Shown one piece after another: positions 9,786 through 20,250 of a DNA stretch of 64,000 nucleotides. Position numbers and translations under genes: made by a program. Positions within the stretch are counted from its first letter, which is position 1; each line of letters begins with the position of its first letter. The notes beneath the pieces are model-generated. The model was not told where the DNA came from. It was given only the letters and a program-made list of their open reading frames with translations, and searched no databases. This DNA comes from Balneolaceae bacterium (lineage in GTDB: Bacteria > Bacteroidota > Rhodothermia > Balneolales > Balneolaceae): assembly GCA_040882525.1 (NCBI GenBank), contig JBBEBD010000056.1, positions 7,451 to 71,450 of the forward strand, given 5' to 3'.

Positions 9786-10862
9786 ATGAATATCATAAAA
9801 ATTACATGCATTTTTATTTCACTATTATTTCTGAACATATGGGGTTGCATGCAAAACCAGGAATCGAATCCTAGTGATGCTGAACCCGGTGATAATCTTG
9901 AAAAGATTTTAGAATCTTCCATTCATTTAATAAGTATCCTTGATGACGAGCAAAAAGCAACGATCCTGCTTCCATTTAACAGCGAAGAACGTTATCCTTT
10001 CAATTACATTCCTATGGAACGTAAGGGGTTGAATATAAAGGACATGACTTCGGAACAACGAATTGCCACACATAATGTATTACAAGCCTCTTTAAGTTCC
10101 CAGGGTTATCTAAAAGTAACGGGCATCATGCGTCTTGAAGATATTTTACACGAACTTGAAAACGGAGACCTCGGTTTTGAACGTGATCCTGAACTTTATT
10201 ACATGACATTTTTTGGTCAACCATCTAAACAGGAACCCTGGGGATGGCGCTTTGAAGGGCACCACATGTCGCTTAATTTCACTTCTGCTGCCAACAATGG
10301 TTTTTCATTTACACCTGCTTTTTTGGGATCTAATCCTGCTGAGGTACGAAGTGGCCCGTATACAGGGTTAAGAGTACTTGCCATGGAAGAAGATCTTGGA
10401 CGAACATTGGTCAATTCATTCAGTGCGTCCCAGCTTTCCAAAGCTGTAATTATGGATGAAGCACCACGGGATATAGTAACGGGAACAGACCGGGAAGTTT
10501 TACTCGAAGAAATCGCAGGGTTGCCTGCCTCCGATATGACAGAGCTACAGCGAAAATTACTTTGGCAAGTTGTTAAGGAGTATGCAAATAACCTGAAACC
10601 GGAAACAGCAAGTGTTCAGCTTCAGCGAATCAAGGCAGCAGGGATAGACAGTTTGCACTTCGGATGGGCTGGCGGACTGAATCGGGGAGAACCTCATTAT
10701 TACCGGATTCATGGCCCAACTGTTCTTTTTGAATATGATAATGTACAAAATGATGCCAATCATATTCATACTGTCTGGCGGGATATTGAGAATGATTTTG
10801 GCAAAGATTTATTGCGTCAGCATTACGACACAGCACCTCAGGAACATGGACACGAACACTGA
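9786..10862 (+). CDS. DUF3500-like lipoprotein
   Basis: 358 aa with a lipoprotein signal (...FLNIWGC). Motifs recalled from DUF3500 are present: WRFEGHHMSLNF and HYYRIHGPTVLFEYDN...ANHIHTVWRDIENDFG. Confidence 0.65.
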   Translation: MNIIKITCIFISLLFLNIWGCMQNQESNPSDAEPGDNLEKILESSIHLISILDDEQKATILLPFNSEERYPFNYIPMERKGLNIKDMTSEQRIATHNVLQASLSSQGYLKVTGIMRLEDILHELENGDLGFERDPELYYMTFFGQPSKQEPWGWRFEGHHMSLNFTSAANNGFSFTPAFLGSNPAEVRSGPYTGLRVLAMEEDLGRTLVNSFSASQLSKAVIMDEAPRDIVTGTDREVLLEEIAGLPASDMTELQRKLLWQVVKEYANNLKPETASVQLQRIKAAGIDSLHFGWAGGLNRGEPHYYRIHGPTVLFEYDNVQNDANHIHTVWRDIENDFGKDLLRQHYDTAPQEHGHEH

Positions 10863-10963
10863 TATTTCAAATTAACGAGAGTTCTCATAAGCGATGTATC
10901 CTGTCCTATTGGAAAGGCTTTGAGAAAAATCTTTTCTAATACTTATATGTCCTGTTCCGGTTT

Positions 10964-12361
10964 CTACTCCAACTCCTTAACAATTTCATTTACTTCGTCC
11001 TGCAGCATACGGATGTTTCGGGTTACTTCCTCTTCGTTCGTATGCAGAACCTTCCGGTTCTTAAGCAGAAGCCGGCCGTTAACCATTACTGTCTCCACAT
11101 TTGCAGCTGTTGCTGAATAAACCAATACAGAATATGGATCGTACATCGGGATCATATTTGTTGACTTTGTCTCTACAATTATAATATCAGCCAGCTTCCC
11201 GGTTTCGAGCGATCCGATTCTCTCCTCCATATGTAAAGCTCGTGCACCACCCATTGTTGCCATATCCACCACATCAACGGCCGGCATAAGACTTCGGTCA
11301 CCGTGAACATATTTTTGAAGGGTTGAAACGTATCCCATCTGACGAATAAGGTCCAGAGAGTTTGCGCTCATTGGCCCATCTGTACCCAGCCCGATTCTTA
11401 CTCCGCTATTGTACATTTCATATGCAGGTGCCACTCCTTTTGCTGATTTTATATTGGCAATCATGTTATGAGCAACTCCGGCATTGCGATCTTTTAGCCG
11501 TACAATATCTTCATCTGTGGCAAATATTGTATGAGCTGCGATAAATCGTTCATTTATAAGGCCGATTGAGTCGAGATATTCTATCGGTGTCATTCCGTAC
11601 GTTGACTGAATCTCTTCAAACTCATCTTCTGTTTCTGCAACGTGCATTGATACAGGAACATCGTATTTCTCCGCGAGGTCACGAATTCGAATTAAATCCT
11701 CCCGTGAAACGGTGTGGGTTCCGTGAGGAGCAAATCCCGGTGTAATTAATTCATCATCTTGATAGGTTTCAATTAATTTTACAGCCCGTTCAATTGTCTC
11801 ATCAGGGGAAGCTCCGTCTGCGGTAGGGAAACGGATTATGTTTTGTGTCATTATCCCCCTTAAGCCCACATCTTTAACAGCCTCAGCTGCACTCGCTTCA
11901 AAAAGATACATATCCACCAGCGTGGTCACTCCACCTTTCAATAATTCGATGGCACTATGTTTGGTGCCCTTATAGACCATTTCTTCACTCACCATCCGGT
12001 CTTCCAACGGAAAAATAAACCGCGTCAGCCGGTCAGGAACATCGTCCCCCAGAGACCTGAAAAGACTCATAGCCAGATGCGTGTGTGTATTGATCATACC
12101 TGGCATTATAATACCGCCGTCAGCATCTATAACCTCTGCTTCGTATTGATCAAGAAGTTCGGGTCCCCCGATGTCAGCAATTGTATCTCCCTGAATTACA
12201 ACAACTCCATCATCGATAATATCTTTATCCTGATTCATTGTCAAAATCAGTCCATTTACGATGATATAATCAGCTTTTGCCGGATCATAAATATCTACTG
12301 ATCTATATTCAGCAGCCGCCATTAAAAAAATTAAAATAAACGTACAAATTACTTTATACAT
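10964..12361 (-). CDS. secreted metal-dependent amidohydrolase (TRZ/ATZ / MtaD-like deaminase-chlorohydrolase superfamily)
   Basis: 465 aa with a signal peptide. It carries the metal-binding HxH motif (MPGMINTHTHLAMSLFRSLGDD), plus ...MHVAETEDE... and ...LGTDGPMSANSLDL... It is the last gene of the minus-strand run, 58 nt after the FG-GAP gene. Confidence 0.8.
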   Translation of the reverse strand: MYKVICTFILIFLMAAAEYRSVDIYDPAKADYIIVNGLILTMNQDKDIIDDGVVVIQGDTIADIGGPELLDQYEAEVIDADGGIIMPGMINTHTHLAMSLFRSLGDDVPDRLTRFIFPLEDRMVSEEMVYKGTKHSAIELLKGGVTTLVDMYLFEASAAEAVKDVGLRGIMTQNIIRFPTADGASPDETIERAVKLIETYQDDELITPGFAPHGTHTVSREDLIRIRDLAEKYDVPVSMHVAETEDEFEEIQSTYGMTPIEYLDSIGLINERFIAAHTIFATDEDIVRLKDRNAGVAHNMIANIKSAKGVAPAYEMYNSGVRIGLGTDGPMSANSLDLIRQMGYVSTLQKYVHGDRSLMPAVDVVDMATMGGARALHMEERIGSLETGKLADIIIVETKSTNMIPMYDPYSVLVYSATAANVETVMVNGRLLLKNRKVLHTNEEEVTRNIRMLQDEVNEIVKELE

Positions 12362-12419
12362 AACAGGTCAACAGGTTATATTTTGACGAAAACAGATGCC
12401 GCTGTGAATTTTCTTAACA

Positions 12420-15400
12420 TTAATCCTCCTGCCGTTGGCTGGATTGATCCAGATAATTAATACCAAAGACTGAAAGGGAGTCATTATTATTTGCCACAAT
12501 AACGGCATGTCCATTTACAGTTCTCAATAGTTCTAAATTTTTTACGTCCAATGGAGCATAAAAACCACTTTCCATTGTAGAAACTGCATCAAAATTTCCT
12601 TGTCCGTCTCCTTTTAACCAAAGGCCATTTCCTCCATCAGCTCTGGGTATTGTTGGTTCCGCATGAAATAAATTTCCGGCCATGATCAGATCAAGATTGC
12701 CATCCTTGTCAACATCATGTGTAACGATCCCGTTAACCGGTGAAATCTGAGCCATTGCAGGAAGATGAACTGGTTGAAAGCTCCCGTCCCCACCGTTTTT
12801 CAGAATAATGCTGGCAAAAATATCTGTCTGACGATGAAAGGCCGCATTCAATTGTTTAGAGCTAAACATTTGTTGTATTGGCGCACCCGAAAACTGTTCG
12901 AAGGTTTTAAATGGAATGGACAGATTCGATATTTCCCTTCCAAGTTTAGCAAATCCATAAAATGGAAATTCTTTGCCGTTAATTTCCTCAGTTAAGATGA
13001 TATCCGTGATGTAATTACCACTAAAATCAGCAGCATAAATTCCAAATCTGCGATCACCGGATGTCTTGTAAGAATAATTTTCCCCTAAATTTCCAACAAC
13101 CAGATCATCATAACCATTATTGGTTAAATCTCCTTTTTTAAGACTAAACCACCAACCGGTCAGAGGTGGTAAATTCATGGATTCCGTGATATTTCTCAGA
13201 GATGTCCCATCGTTTTCATAAAATTCTATCGACATCCATTCTCCTGCCGTTGCCAGGTCCATCTGACCATTCTGATCATAATCAATCCAGACTGCATCTG
13301 TAATCATACCCCGTTCAGACAGTTCAGGTGCTGCTTTCTCTGTTATATCTGTAAACCTGCCGCCATCATTACGAAGCAGATAGCTGCGGGGAGATTTCGG
13401 ATAGTTGTACGGGGTAACCCGTCCACCTACAAACAGGTCCGGAAATCCATCCCCTGTAAAATCACCTGCTGTAACTGTCGCTGTACTTGTTCTCATTTCA
13501 GGTAATGCTTCCGTATCCCTGATAAACCTGCCATCTCCCTGGTTTATATATAGCCGATCTTGTAATAAATCAGATGAAACCGGTACCCGGTAACCGCCAC
13601 TGTTTACGTAAAGATCCAGGTGTGCGTCTCCGTTCGCATCAAAAAAAAGAGCCCCCCAATCTTCATAAGCGCTGTCTGCTGACCAGGGCTGCATCTCTGA
13701 GAATTCCATAAAGGATCCATTCTCCTGCTGAACAAATAATTTCCCTGCAATACCAGAAATCCCGCCTATATATACATCATCCAGTCCATTACCTGTAACA
13801 TCACCCACCGCAACAGGCGGTCCCTGCCTTGATATCATATAAGGCAAAAGTGGCTGGGTGTTATAATCAACATTATTTTTTTCTTCATGTTTATATGTTA
13901 ATCCAATATCATCATGAATTGTTCTGAACGGTTTGTTTTCAGGTTGCTGTACAAACAAATTTGTTTGATCGACTGTCACCGAATTCTCCTGGTGGATAGT
14001 CAGAACCTGATTTGCGTCCAGATTTGTCAACAACTGGTACCTGCCATCGGGCCATAAAATCTCCAGGGAATCGATGTGTTCGGCTTCACCTAAACCAAAG
14101 TGAACCCGGTCGTCCATTGTAGACATATACCCTCTGTAAGGTGTGTGATATATAAACTGTTTTTGATCCTTACTACTTAGAATAAATTTACTGCCAATCC
14201 CCCTCATATTGGGATGATCCCCTTGTAACCTTACCTGAAGATAATTAGATGTATCATCTTCACTATCCCTATTTTCATAAATTTGAGCCGGAGCATTTAT
14301 ATTATTAATAATCAGATCGAGCCTGCCGTTGTTATTCAGATCTGCATAAGCCGCCCCATAGGAGTATCCGGGATCGTCTAAAATCCATTCATCGGTTTTA
14401 TCAGTGAATTTCAAAGTGTGATTTCCTGCAGAAGTATTCCCGTTATTCCGGAATATATAATTGGGAACTTTGTAATCATGTAAATTATTAAGACGCTCGT
14501 ATTCTCTTTCCTTAATAGTCTGTTGATCCACGTTATCCAGGTTTTCCTGAATATTGTAAATATCCATAAGATAATCGTAGTCGTTAACAGCCTTTGGATA
14601 CCCATTTGTAATAAAAATATCTTTAAATCCATCATTGTCATAATCGCCGAAAAGAGCACTCCAGCTCCAGTCCGTATAAGATACACCGGCTAACTGTGCT
14701 ATTTCACTGAATATGAGATCCCCATCTTGATTAACCCCATGATTAAATTGCAGTGTATTGAGGTTATAATGCGGATAAAATCCTTGCTGCCTCAGCTGTT
14801 GAAATCCATCATAAGTTACAGAACCGCTCATTCTCTTGCGGCCACTTAACTCTTCAGGCATCATATCCGTCTGTAGAATGTCCGGCCAGCCATTATTCGT
14901 AAAATCAGCTATATCGATACCCATTCCTGAAAAACTCGTGTGCTTCAGATATTCTGCAGCTTTATCAGAAAAAGTACCATCCCTGTTATTTATATATAGC
15001 ACATCGTTCGGAGTAACATCGTTTGATACATAAATATCAGGCCAGTCATCTCCATTTAAATCCGTAGCTACTACTCCAAGTCCATATCCAATTTTCTTCA
15101 GAATTCCTGCTTCTTCAGATACATTTGTAAATGTTCCGTCCCCGTTGTTGCGATATAACTGATCAAATCCATAAGGATCGGGCTCTTCAACTCTGCCCAT
15201 AGACCGCCCCATCACACCTTGTTCATGATCTTCCTGAGTTGGGCTTACATGAATAAGATCAGAATTGTTTAAAACAAAAAGGTCCAGATACCCATCGTCA
15301 TTGTAATCAAAAAAAACAGAATGGATACCAAAACCGGGATCATCAATATTAAGATCATGTGCAGTTTCAGTAAATGTATTATCACCATTATTTAGAAAAA

Positions 15401-15875
15401 GCACGTTCGATCTTTCATCAGGTGCAGAATCCGGTGCACCAGATATGGTTACATAGATATCCAGGTAGCCGTCACTATTAATATCAACCATAGAGACTCC
15501 CGTTGCCCGCTTTTCCAAGGTTATGCCAGCTGATTCAGTGATATCCTCAAATTTCATATCCCCTTTATTAAGATAAAGGCGACTCTGCACTTCGTTACCT
15601 GAAAGAAAAACATCCGGAAGTCCGTCATTATTTATATCACCGGTAGCTACACCGGCACCATGATAAATAAAAGCGTCCGTTTGATAGTTTTTTGTTTCGT
15701 TCGTTGTAATTGAATTGACAAACGTAATCCCGGTTTGTTGAGGTGTTAACAGGTGAAAAAGATCTGGTTTCTTCGTTTCACTTCGACAGGAAAAAAGAAA
15801 GATCAAACATACACATGATATATAGTGCCGTTTCTGGAGTATCGACATAATTACATTAAGTTGAACATTCATCAT
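12420..15875 (-). CDS. FG-GAP/VCBS-repeat protein with ASPIC/UnbV-like domain (CRTAC1-type)
   Basis: Many FG-GAP/VCBS calcium-binding-type repeats are present (DINNDGLPDVFL, DINSDGYLDIYV, DYNDDGYLDLFV, DLNGDDWPDIYV, ...). There is a central ASPIC/UnbV-like segment (YLQVRLQGDHPNMRGIGSKFIL...ILWPDGRYQ). The track ORF runs to 15938 and would overlap the upstream gene by 50 nt. ATGs at 15875 and 15848 are more plausible; 15848 gives MSILQKRHYISCVCLIFLFSC, which is lipoprotein-like. Confidence 0.8.
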   Translation of the reverse strand: MMNVQLNVIMSILQKRHYISCVCLIFLFSCRSETKKPDLFHLLTPQQTGITFVNSITTNETKNYQTDAFIYHGAGVATGDINNDGLPDVFLSGNEVQSRLYLNKGDMKFEDITESAGITLEKRATGVSMVDINSDGYLDIYVTISGAPDSAPDERSNVLFLNNGDNTFTETAHDLNIDDPGFGIHSVFFDYNDDGYLDLFVLNNSDLIHVSPTQEDHEQGVMGRSMGRVEEPDPYGFDQLYRNNGDGTFTNVSEEAGILKKIGYGLGVVATDLNGDDWPDIYVSNDVTPNDVLYINNRDGTFSDKAAEYLKHTSFSGMGIDIADFTNNGWPDILQTDMMPEELSGRKRMSGSVTYDGFQQLRQQGFYPHYNLNTLQFNHGVNQDGDLIFSEIAQLAGVSYTDWSWSALFGDYDNDGFKDIFITNGYPKAVNDYDYLMDIYNIQENLDNVDQQTIKEREYERLNNLHDYKVPNYIFRNNGNTSAGNHTLKFTDKTDEWILDDPGYSYGAAYADLNNNGRLDLIINNINAPAQIYENRDSEDDTSNYLQVRLQGDHPNMRGIGSKFILSSKDQKQFIYHTPYRGYMSTMDDRVHFGLGEAEHIDSLEILWPDGRYQLLTNLDANQVLTIHQENSVTVDQTNLFVQQPENKPFRTIHDDIGLTYKHEEKNNVDYNTQPLLPYMISRQGPPVAVGDVTGNGLDDVYIGGISGIAGKLFVQQENGSFMEFSEMQPWSADSAYEDWGALFFDANGDAHLDLYVNSGGYRVPVSSDLLQDRLYINQGDGRFIRDTEALPEMRTSTATVTAGDFTGDGFPDLFVGGRVTPYNYPKSPRSYLLRNDGGRFTDITEKAAPELSERGMITDAVWIDYDQNGQMDLATAGEWMSIEFYENDGTSLRNITESMNLPPLTGWWFSLKKGDLTNNGYDDLVVGNLGENYSYKTSGDRRFGIYAADFSGNYITDIILTEEINGKEFPFYGFAKLGREISNLSIPFKTFEQFSGAPIQQMFSSKQLNAAFHRQTDIFASIILKNGGDGSFQPVHLPAMAQISPVNGIVTHDVDKDGNLDLIMAGNLFHAEPTIPRADGGNGLWLKGDGQGNFDAVSTMESGFYAPLDVKNLELLRTVNGHAVIVANNNDSLSVFGINYLDQSSQRQED

Positions 15876-15888
15876 ATACCTACATTTT

Positions 15889-18800
15889 TCAAAAAGAGAT
15901 CTTATTCTGTATCGGATGAATGATGGTATAAGCCTCATTTTCGTTTACTTCAATCGTCTGAATGGTGCCGTCAAACCATTTAATTTCTATTGCTTTTACT
16001 AAACCCTTGTTTTCATCAGCTCCCATAATTTGAGTGGCACTATTTTGTGACCAGTATCCCGCCCCGCTTTGAATCTCCCGAATGGGGCCCTTGTCACCAT
16101 TTTCATATACCAATCGTATTTCGGAACCCACAGCCTGTTCATTTGAAAGAGGACCCACTAATGAAATGCGATATCCCTTATTTTCAGTTTGGTTTAAAAA
16201 AAGACGGGTTTCTGCTCCATTCTGACTGACAACCAAATCAACTTTTCCGTTTCCATCAACATCACTAAAGGCTGCACCTCTTTGTTCCCCATATACTTTA
16301 ATGCCACTTTCTGTTCCATTCATGGGCTTGAATCCGCCACTTCCATCTCCCAGTAACACCTGGCCTCTGCCGGCATCCAGACGTGGAGTGAGCTGAGGAA
16401 AAGCGAAAAGATTCTGACTTATAAATATATCCTCATGGCCATCATTATTTACATCAGCTGTTGCTGCGCTAAATCCTGGCGAGAACTGTGCCTCAACCGG
16501 TAAAGCATGTGCTTCAAATCCGGTCTCAGTATTCAGGAATATCATATGCTCGATCGTATTAATTTCTTTATATGGCATTTGATCATATTGTTGGCTGCCT
16601 AATATTTCTTTTAAGGTAGAATTGGCGAACTCGCTATGATTTGACATTCGGTTTAGTCTTATCTGTTGTTGCTGAAATCCGTGAAGTTTTCGACGGGGTA
16701 CATAAGTACCATCCCCAATGGAGTAAGCTTCAATAATATCGGTACTGCCAAATCCATCGATATCATCGTAATACATCCGTATAGGATCTCCATGGTGGAG
16801 TTGGTATTGAGAATTACGACCTATATTTAAAGCGATGATATCGGGGCGGCCATTTCCTGTAAAATCACCGGTTGCCACGCCATGCCACCATCCTTTATAT
16901 TTATCAAGCCCAGCTTCACTGGTAATTTCACGAAGGATACCGTTAGTATTTTCAAATAAGCGCAGAGATCCCCAACTGGTGCTCACCAGTAAATCTTGCC
17001 GGTCATTACGAGTCAGGTCAGAAAAAACAGCTCCATTTACCATACCCAGTTCAGAAAACAACTGAGACACTGACCGATCTTCTATAAATCTGTTACCATT
17101 GTTTCGAAATAAACGGGAGTCTGCATCTTTCGGGTACTGTCCCGGTTTAAAACTTCCACCTGCAAACAGATCCAGGTATCCGTTTCCTGTTACATCGGCT
17201 GCAGCAAGCGGACCGGTGGTTGAATGCACCCCTGAAAGGCTATCCATAGATGCGATATTTCCGGACCTGTCAATTTTATAGGTATATGCTGAACCTACCC
17301 CGGAACGCCCCTGCTCATAATTGGCTGAGCCTATTACAACCCTGGTGTTGCCATCTTCTTTCCATCCAAGAAGGGTAGTTTGATCACCTGAAACAACTTC
17401 GCTAATGATATCCAGATTCCATGGCTCAAATTCTCCATTGCCCAGATTCCGATAAACACCTGGCTTCCCCCCTTTTCCTGATCCAATGAGCAAATCATCA
17501 TACCCATTGCCGGTAATATCTATCCATGAAACACCCGGCCCCATTTGACTCAGTCGGACCGGGAGAAATGCCTGGAGTTCAAAATCTTCAAATGGATCCT
17601 CATGGTGTGTATGATTCAAATCACTGGTAATATCCCGAAACAACGGGTTGGAACGGTTCTTACCTGATTCTTCAGCTGCTTCTTTTGAATTTTTTTGATC
17701 TATTTCAATCATTGTATTGGCTTTAATTCCCTTTATATGGCTTTCTCTGCCATCCGGCCATATTACCAATATATCATGGTTCGAATTGATCTCATCAGCA
17801 GCAAACATCAATCCGGTATCCGACCCGGATGCATATCCCCCCCCTGCTGTTATCTGCTTACTTTGCAAACCTCCTGGTCCGCCATAAACCTCAACATAAG
17901 CACCAATGGCAAATGTATTCGGTCGCTGGCCTTTTAGCCTTATGCCAATCCTTGGTGCTTTGGTAGTATTTTTGAAAACTCCGGCATGTTTATTCATCCG
18001 GTTAATTACAAAATCTAAAGCCCCATCATTATTCAGGTCAGCAACTGCCATTCCATGGGAAATATCCAGATCATTCATACCCCAATTCTGGCTTATATCT
18101 GAAAAAGTTAAGTTGCCATTATTCCTGAATATCATATTCCTCAAATTCATTTTTGGAGACTCCAGCATAAATCCAAGAAAATTTTCGTCCAGACTCCCAT
18201 ATCTTTGAATAGTTTTAATTTGAGAATCTATATCCAGATGGTCATATAAAAATCCGGTGTTAATTATTAAATCATCAAAACCATCTAAATTAATATCCAT
18301 AAAATTAGTAGCCCACGACCAACCTGATGCCTGAGTGCCTGTGAGATTTGTTATTTCAGCCCAGGTATTATCTTCACGCTTCAGATGCATGGAGTTGCGA
18401 TTATACATGGGTCGAGAGTCTGTTTCTCCGATTTTAACAGGTACAGGCGGATCCTCAGATGCCGCATGACGGAGACGATCCTCGTGATATGGACTTAACA
18501 TTTCGGTTGTAAAAATATCAATTTCACCATCCCGGTTGATATCCGAGAAATCCACACCCATACATGAAAAACTTATATTACGAATGGCTGTACGTTCAAC
18601 AGCCTGAAAATGTCCGTTCCCCTGGTTTATCCAGATACGGTCTGGGGTGAAAAAATCATTGCATACATACAGATCCTGTAAACCGTTTCCAGTCAGATCC
18701 TGAAATTTTGCAGTCAGACCCCAATCCGGCTGCAAACCAAAAGGGTTGCCATCCTCGTCTAAAAATCTCTCTTTTGTATCCTCAACCTTTTTAAAAGTCC

Positions 18801-19599
18801 CTCCCTCGTTCAGATATAACTCATCAACTTCACCAATTTCCAGTAAGCCGGTAAGTTGGCCATTACTGTATAGCAATTCGTAGTGCTGATCAAAAGGAGA
18901 TGCTAAGGTATACGTGTCGCCTGGATCTCTTAGCGGCTCGTTTAATACATTTTCCCACTCTAACTCTTCAGAGGTAAACTGATCGTTAACTGGTTTTTCT
19001 TTATAATTTGTTACATAAAGGTCCAAATAGCCATTACCGGTAATATCTGCAAGTGCCATTGTTGTACTACCACGGGATGGCCCAAGGCCACTATCTTCTT
19101 TTTTTGTAAAGTTCCCTTGTCCATCATTTATATACAGAACATTTTCTTTGTGCAATGCTGTTACCAACAAATCTAAATGTCCATTACCATTAACATCTGC
19201 AAACACCACACCTGTAGAATAGAAGTCTTCATGAGCTACCCCTGCCCGTTCTGTGATGTCTTCAAATTTCATCCCGCCCAAATTTTTATAAAGTCTGTTT
19301 GATTCAGCCAGACCTGCAAAATAGATGTCTTTAAGTCCGTCTCCATCGATATCTCCTGCAGCCACTCCTGATCCAATTAAATAGTTTCGATTTTTCCCAT
19401 ACTCGTTTTGTGAAAGTTGATTATTGAACCGGATATTGGTTTGTCCTGCAGTGAGCTGATCAAATCCTGTAGAACCAAAAAAACCTGGGGAAACTTCCGC
19501 CCAGCGATAATCAACCTCTTCATTCCATGATAATTCCGGGGATTCTGAACAACTGGCTATAAACGTGGAAAGGATTACACTTAAAAAAAACTTATACAT
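15889..19599 (-). CDS. FG-GAP/VCBS-repeat protein with two ASPIC/UnbV-like domains (CRTAC1-type)
   Basis: 1236 aa with a lipoprotein signal (...TFIASC). FG-GAP repeats are present (DIDGDGLKDIYF, DVNGNGHLDLLV, DITGNGYLDLYV, ...). Two ASPIC/UnbV-like segments are present (IGIRLKGQRPNTFAIGAYVEVY...VIWPDGRES and GYRISLVGPLSNEQAVGSEIRLVY...IKWFDGTIQ). Confidence 0.85.
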   Translation of the reverse strand: MYKFFLSVILSTFIASCSESPELSWNEEVDYRWAEVSPGFFGSTGFDQLTAGQTNIRFNNQLSQNEYGKNRNYLIGSGVAAGDIDGDGLKDIYFAGLAESNRLYKNLGGMKFEDITERAGVAHEDFYSTGVVFADVNGNGHLDLLVTALHKENVLYINDGQGNFTKKEDSGLGPSRGSTTMALADITGNGYLDLYVTNYKEKPVNDQFTSEELEWENVLNEPLRDPGDTYTLASPFDQHYELLYSNGQLTGLLEIGEVDELYLNEGGTFKKVEDTKERFLDEDGNPFGLQPDWGLTAKFQDLTGNGLQDLYVCNDFFTPDRIWINQGNGHFQAVERTAIRNISFSCMGVDFSDINRDGEIDIFTTEMLSPYHEDRLRHAASEDPPVPVKIGETDSRPMYNRNSMHLKREDNTWAEITNLTGTQASGWSWATNFMDINLDGFDDLIINTGFLYDHLDIDSQIKTIQRYGSLDENFLGFMLESPKMNLRNMIFRNNGNLTFSDISQNWGMNDLDISHGMAVADLNNDGALDFVINRMNKHAGVFKNTTKAPRIGIRLKGQRPNTFAIGAYVEVYGGPGGLQSKQITAGGGYASGSDTGLMFAADEINSNHDILVIWPDGRESHIKGIKANTMIEIDQKNSKEAAEESGKNRSNPLFRDITSDLNHTHHEDPFEDFELQAFLPVRLSQMGPGVSWIDITGNGYDDLLIGSGKGGKPGVYRNLGNGEFEPWNLDIISEVVSGDQTTLLGWKEDGNTRVVIGSANYEQGRSGVGSAYTYKIDRSGNIASMDSLSGVHSTTGPLAAADVTGNGYLDLFAGGSFKPGQYPKDADSRLFRNNGNRFIEDRSVSQLFSELGMVNGAVFSDLTRNDRQDLLVSTSWGSLRLFENTNGILREITSEAGLDKYKGWWHGVATGDFTGNGRPDIIALNIGRNSQYQLHHGDPIRMYYDDIDGFGSTDIIEAYSIGDGTYVPRRKLHGFQQQQIRLNRMSNHSEFANSTLKEILGSQQYDQMPYKEINTIEHMIFLNTETGFEAHALPVEAQFSPGFSAATADVNNDGHEDIFISQNLFAFPQLTPRLDAGRGQVLLGDGSGGFKPMNGTESGIKVYGEQRGAAFSDVDGNGKVDLVVSQNGAETRLFLNQTENKGYRISLVGPLSNEQAVGSEIRLVYENGDKGPIREIQSGAGYWSQNSATQIMGADENKGLVKAIEIKWFDGTIQTIEVNENEAYTIIHPIQNKISF

Positions 19600-20250
19600 A
19601 CCAATTAGAAAATAAATCTATATTACGGGCTTAATTCTGCTTCGACCTTTTGATGATCCACTCATCGCCGGATGTTCATCCAAAAAGAACGGAGGCGCAG
19701 CGGTGATTTTTACGACGCTGGCTCTGAGTTTGTTTTTTCAGATAGAAATGCCAAAACAGGCATCCAAAAATTCTTTTCGCTAACCCCTAAGCAGCTAAGC
19801 GAAAATACGAGAGCACTGTTGAATACCTTGTTACCTCCAAACAGGGATTTTCTAAATAACTTATCACACTTCAATACTGGTGACCCGCCGGAGGCAAAAC
19901 TTAGTTTGCTGTGACTTTGAACTGCAATCTAAAATAATTGAAAGTTATTACAAAATTATCTGTACCACCTTTTCTGGTGAATTTATTTATTAACAGTTTT
20001 ATTCAAATAAAACCGTTTGTTAATCAAAACCGGGTCTGGAAACAAAAGCCCAGGTAAAGTGATGCAGCAGCGAATTGTTACATCTTTCAGCCCGATCCCG
20101 GGATACTACTTCAGCAAAACCTGGCCACCGGAGACCGGTGGTACTACCCTGCTTCTTTCTTGCTTTACCACACCATTCCAGATCAAGGGAGATAATATCC
20201 GTTACCTTGCGAGATACCGGGCCCAGAAATATTCTTACAAATGATTTATA

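Noticed and set aside
15876-15938. N-terminal extension of the 1172-aa ORF, overlapping the upstream gene by 50 nt
   Set aside because: The extension (MRLIPSFIRYRIRSLFEKCRY) precedes internal ATGs that give a normal signal or lipoprotein peptide. It is probably an artefact of choosing the longest ORF.
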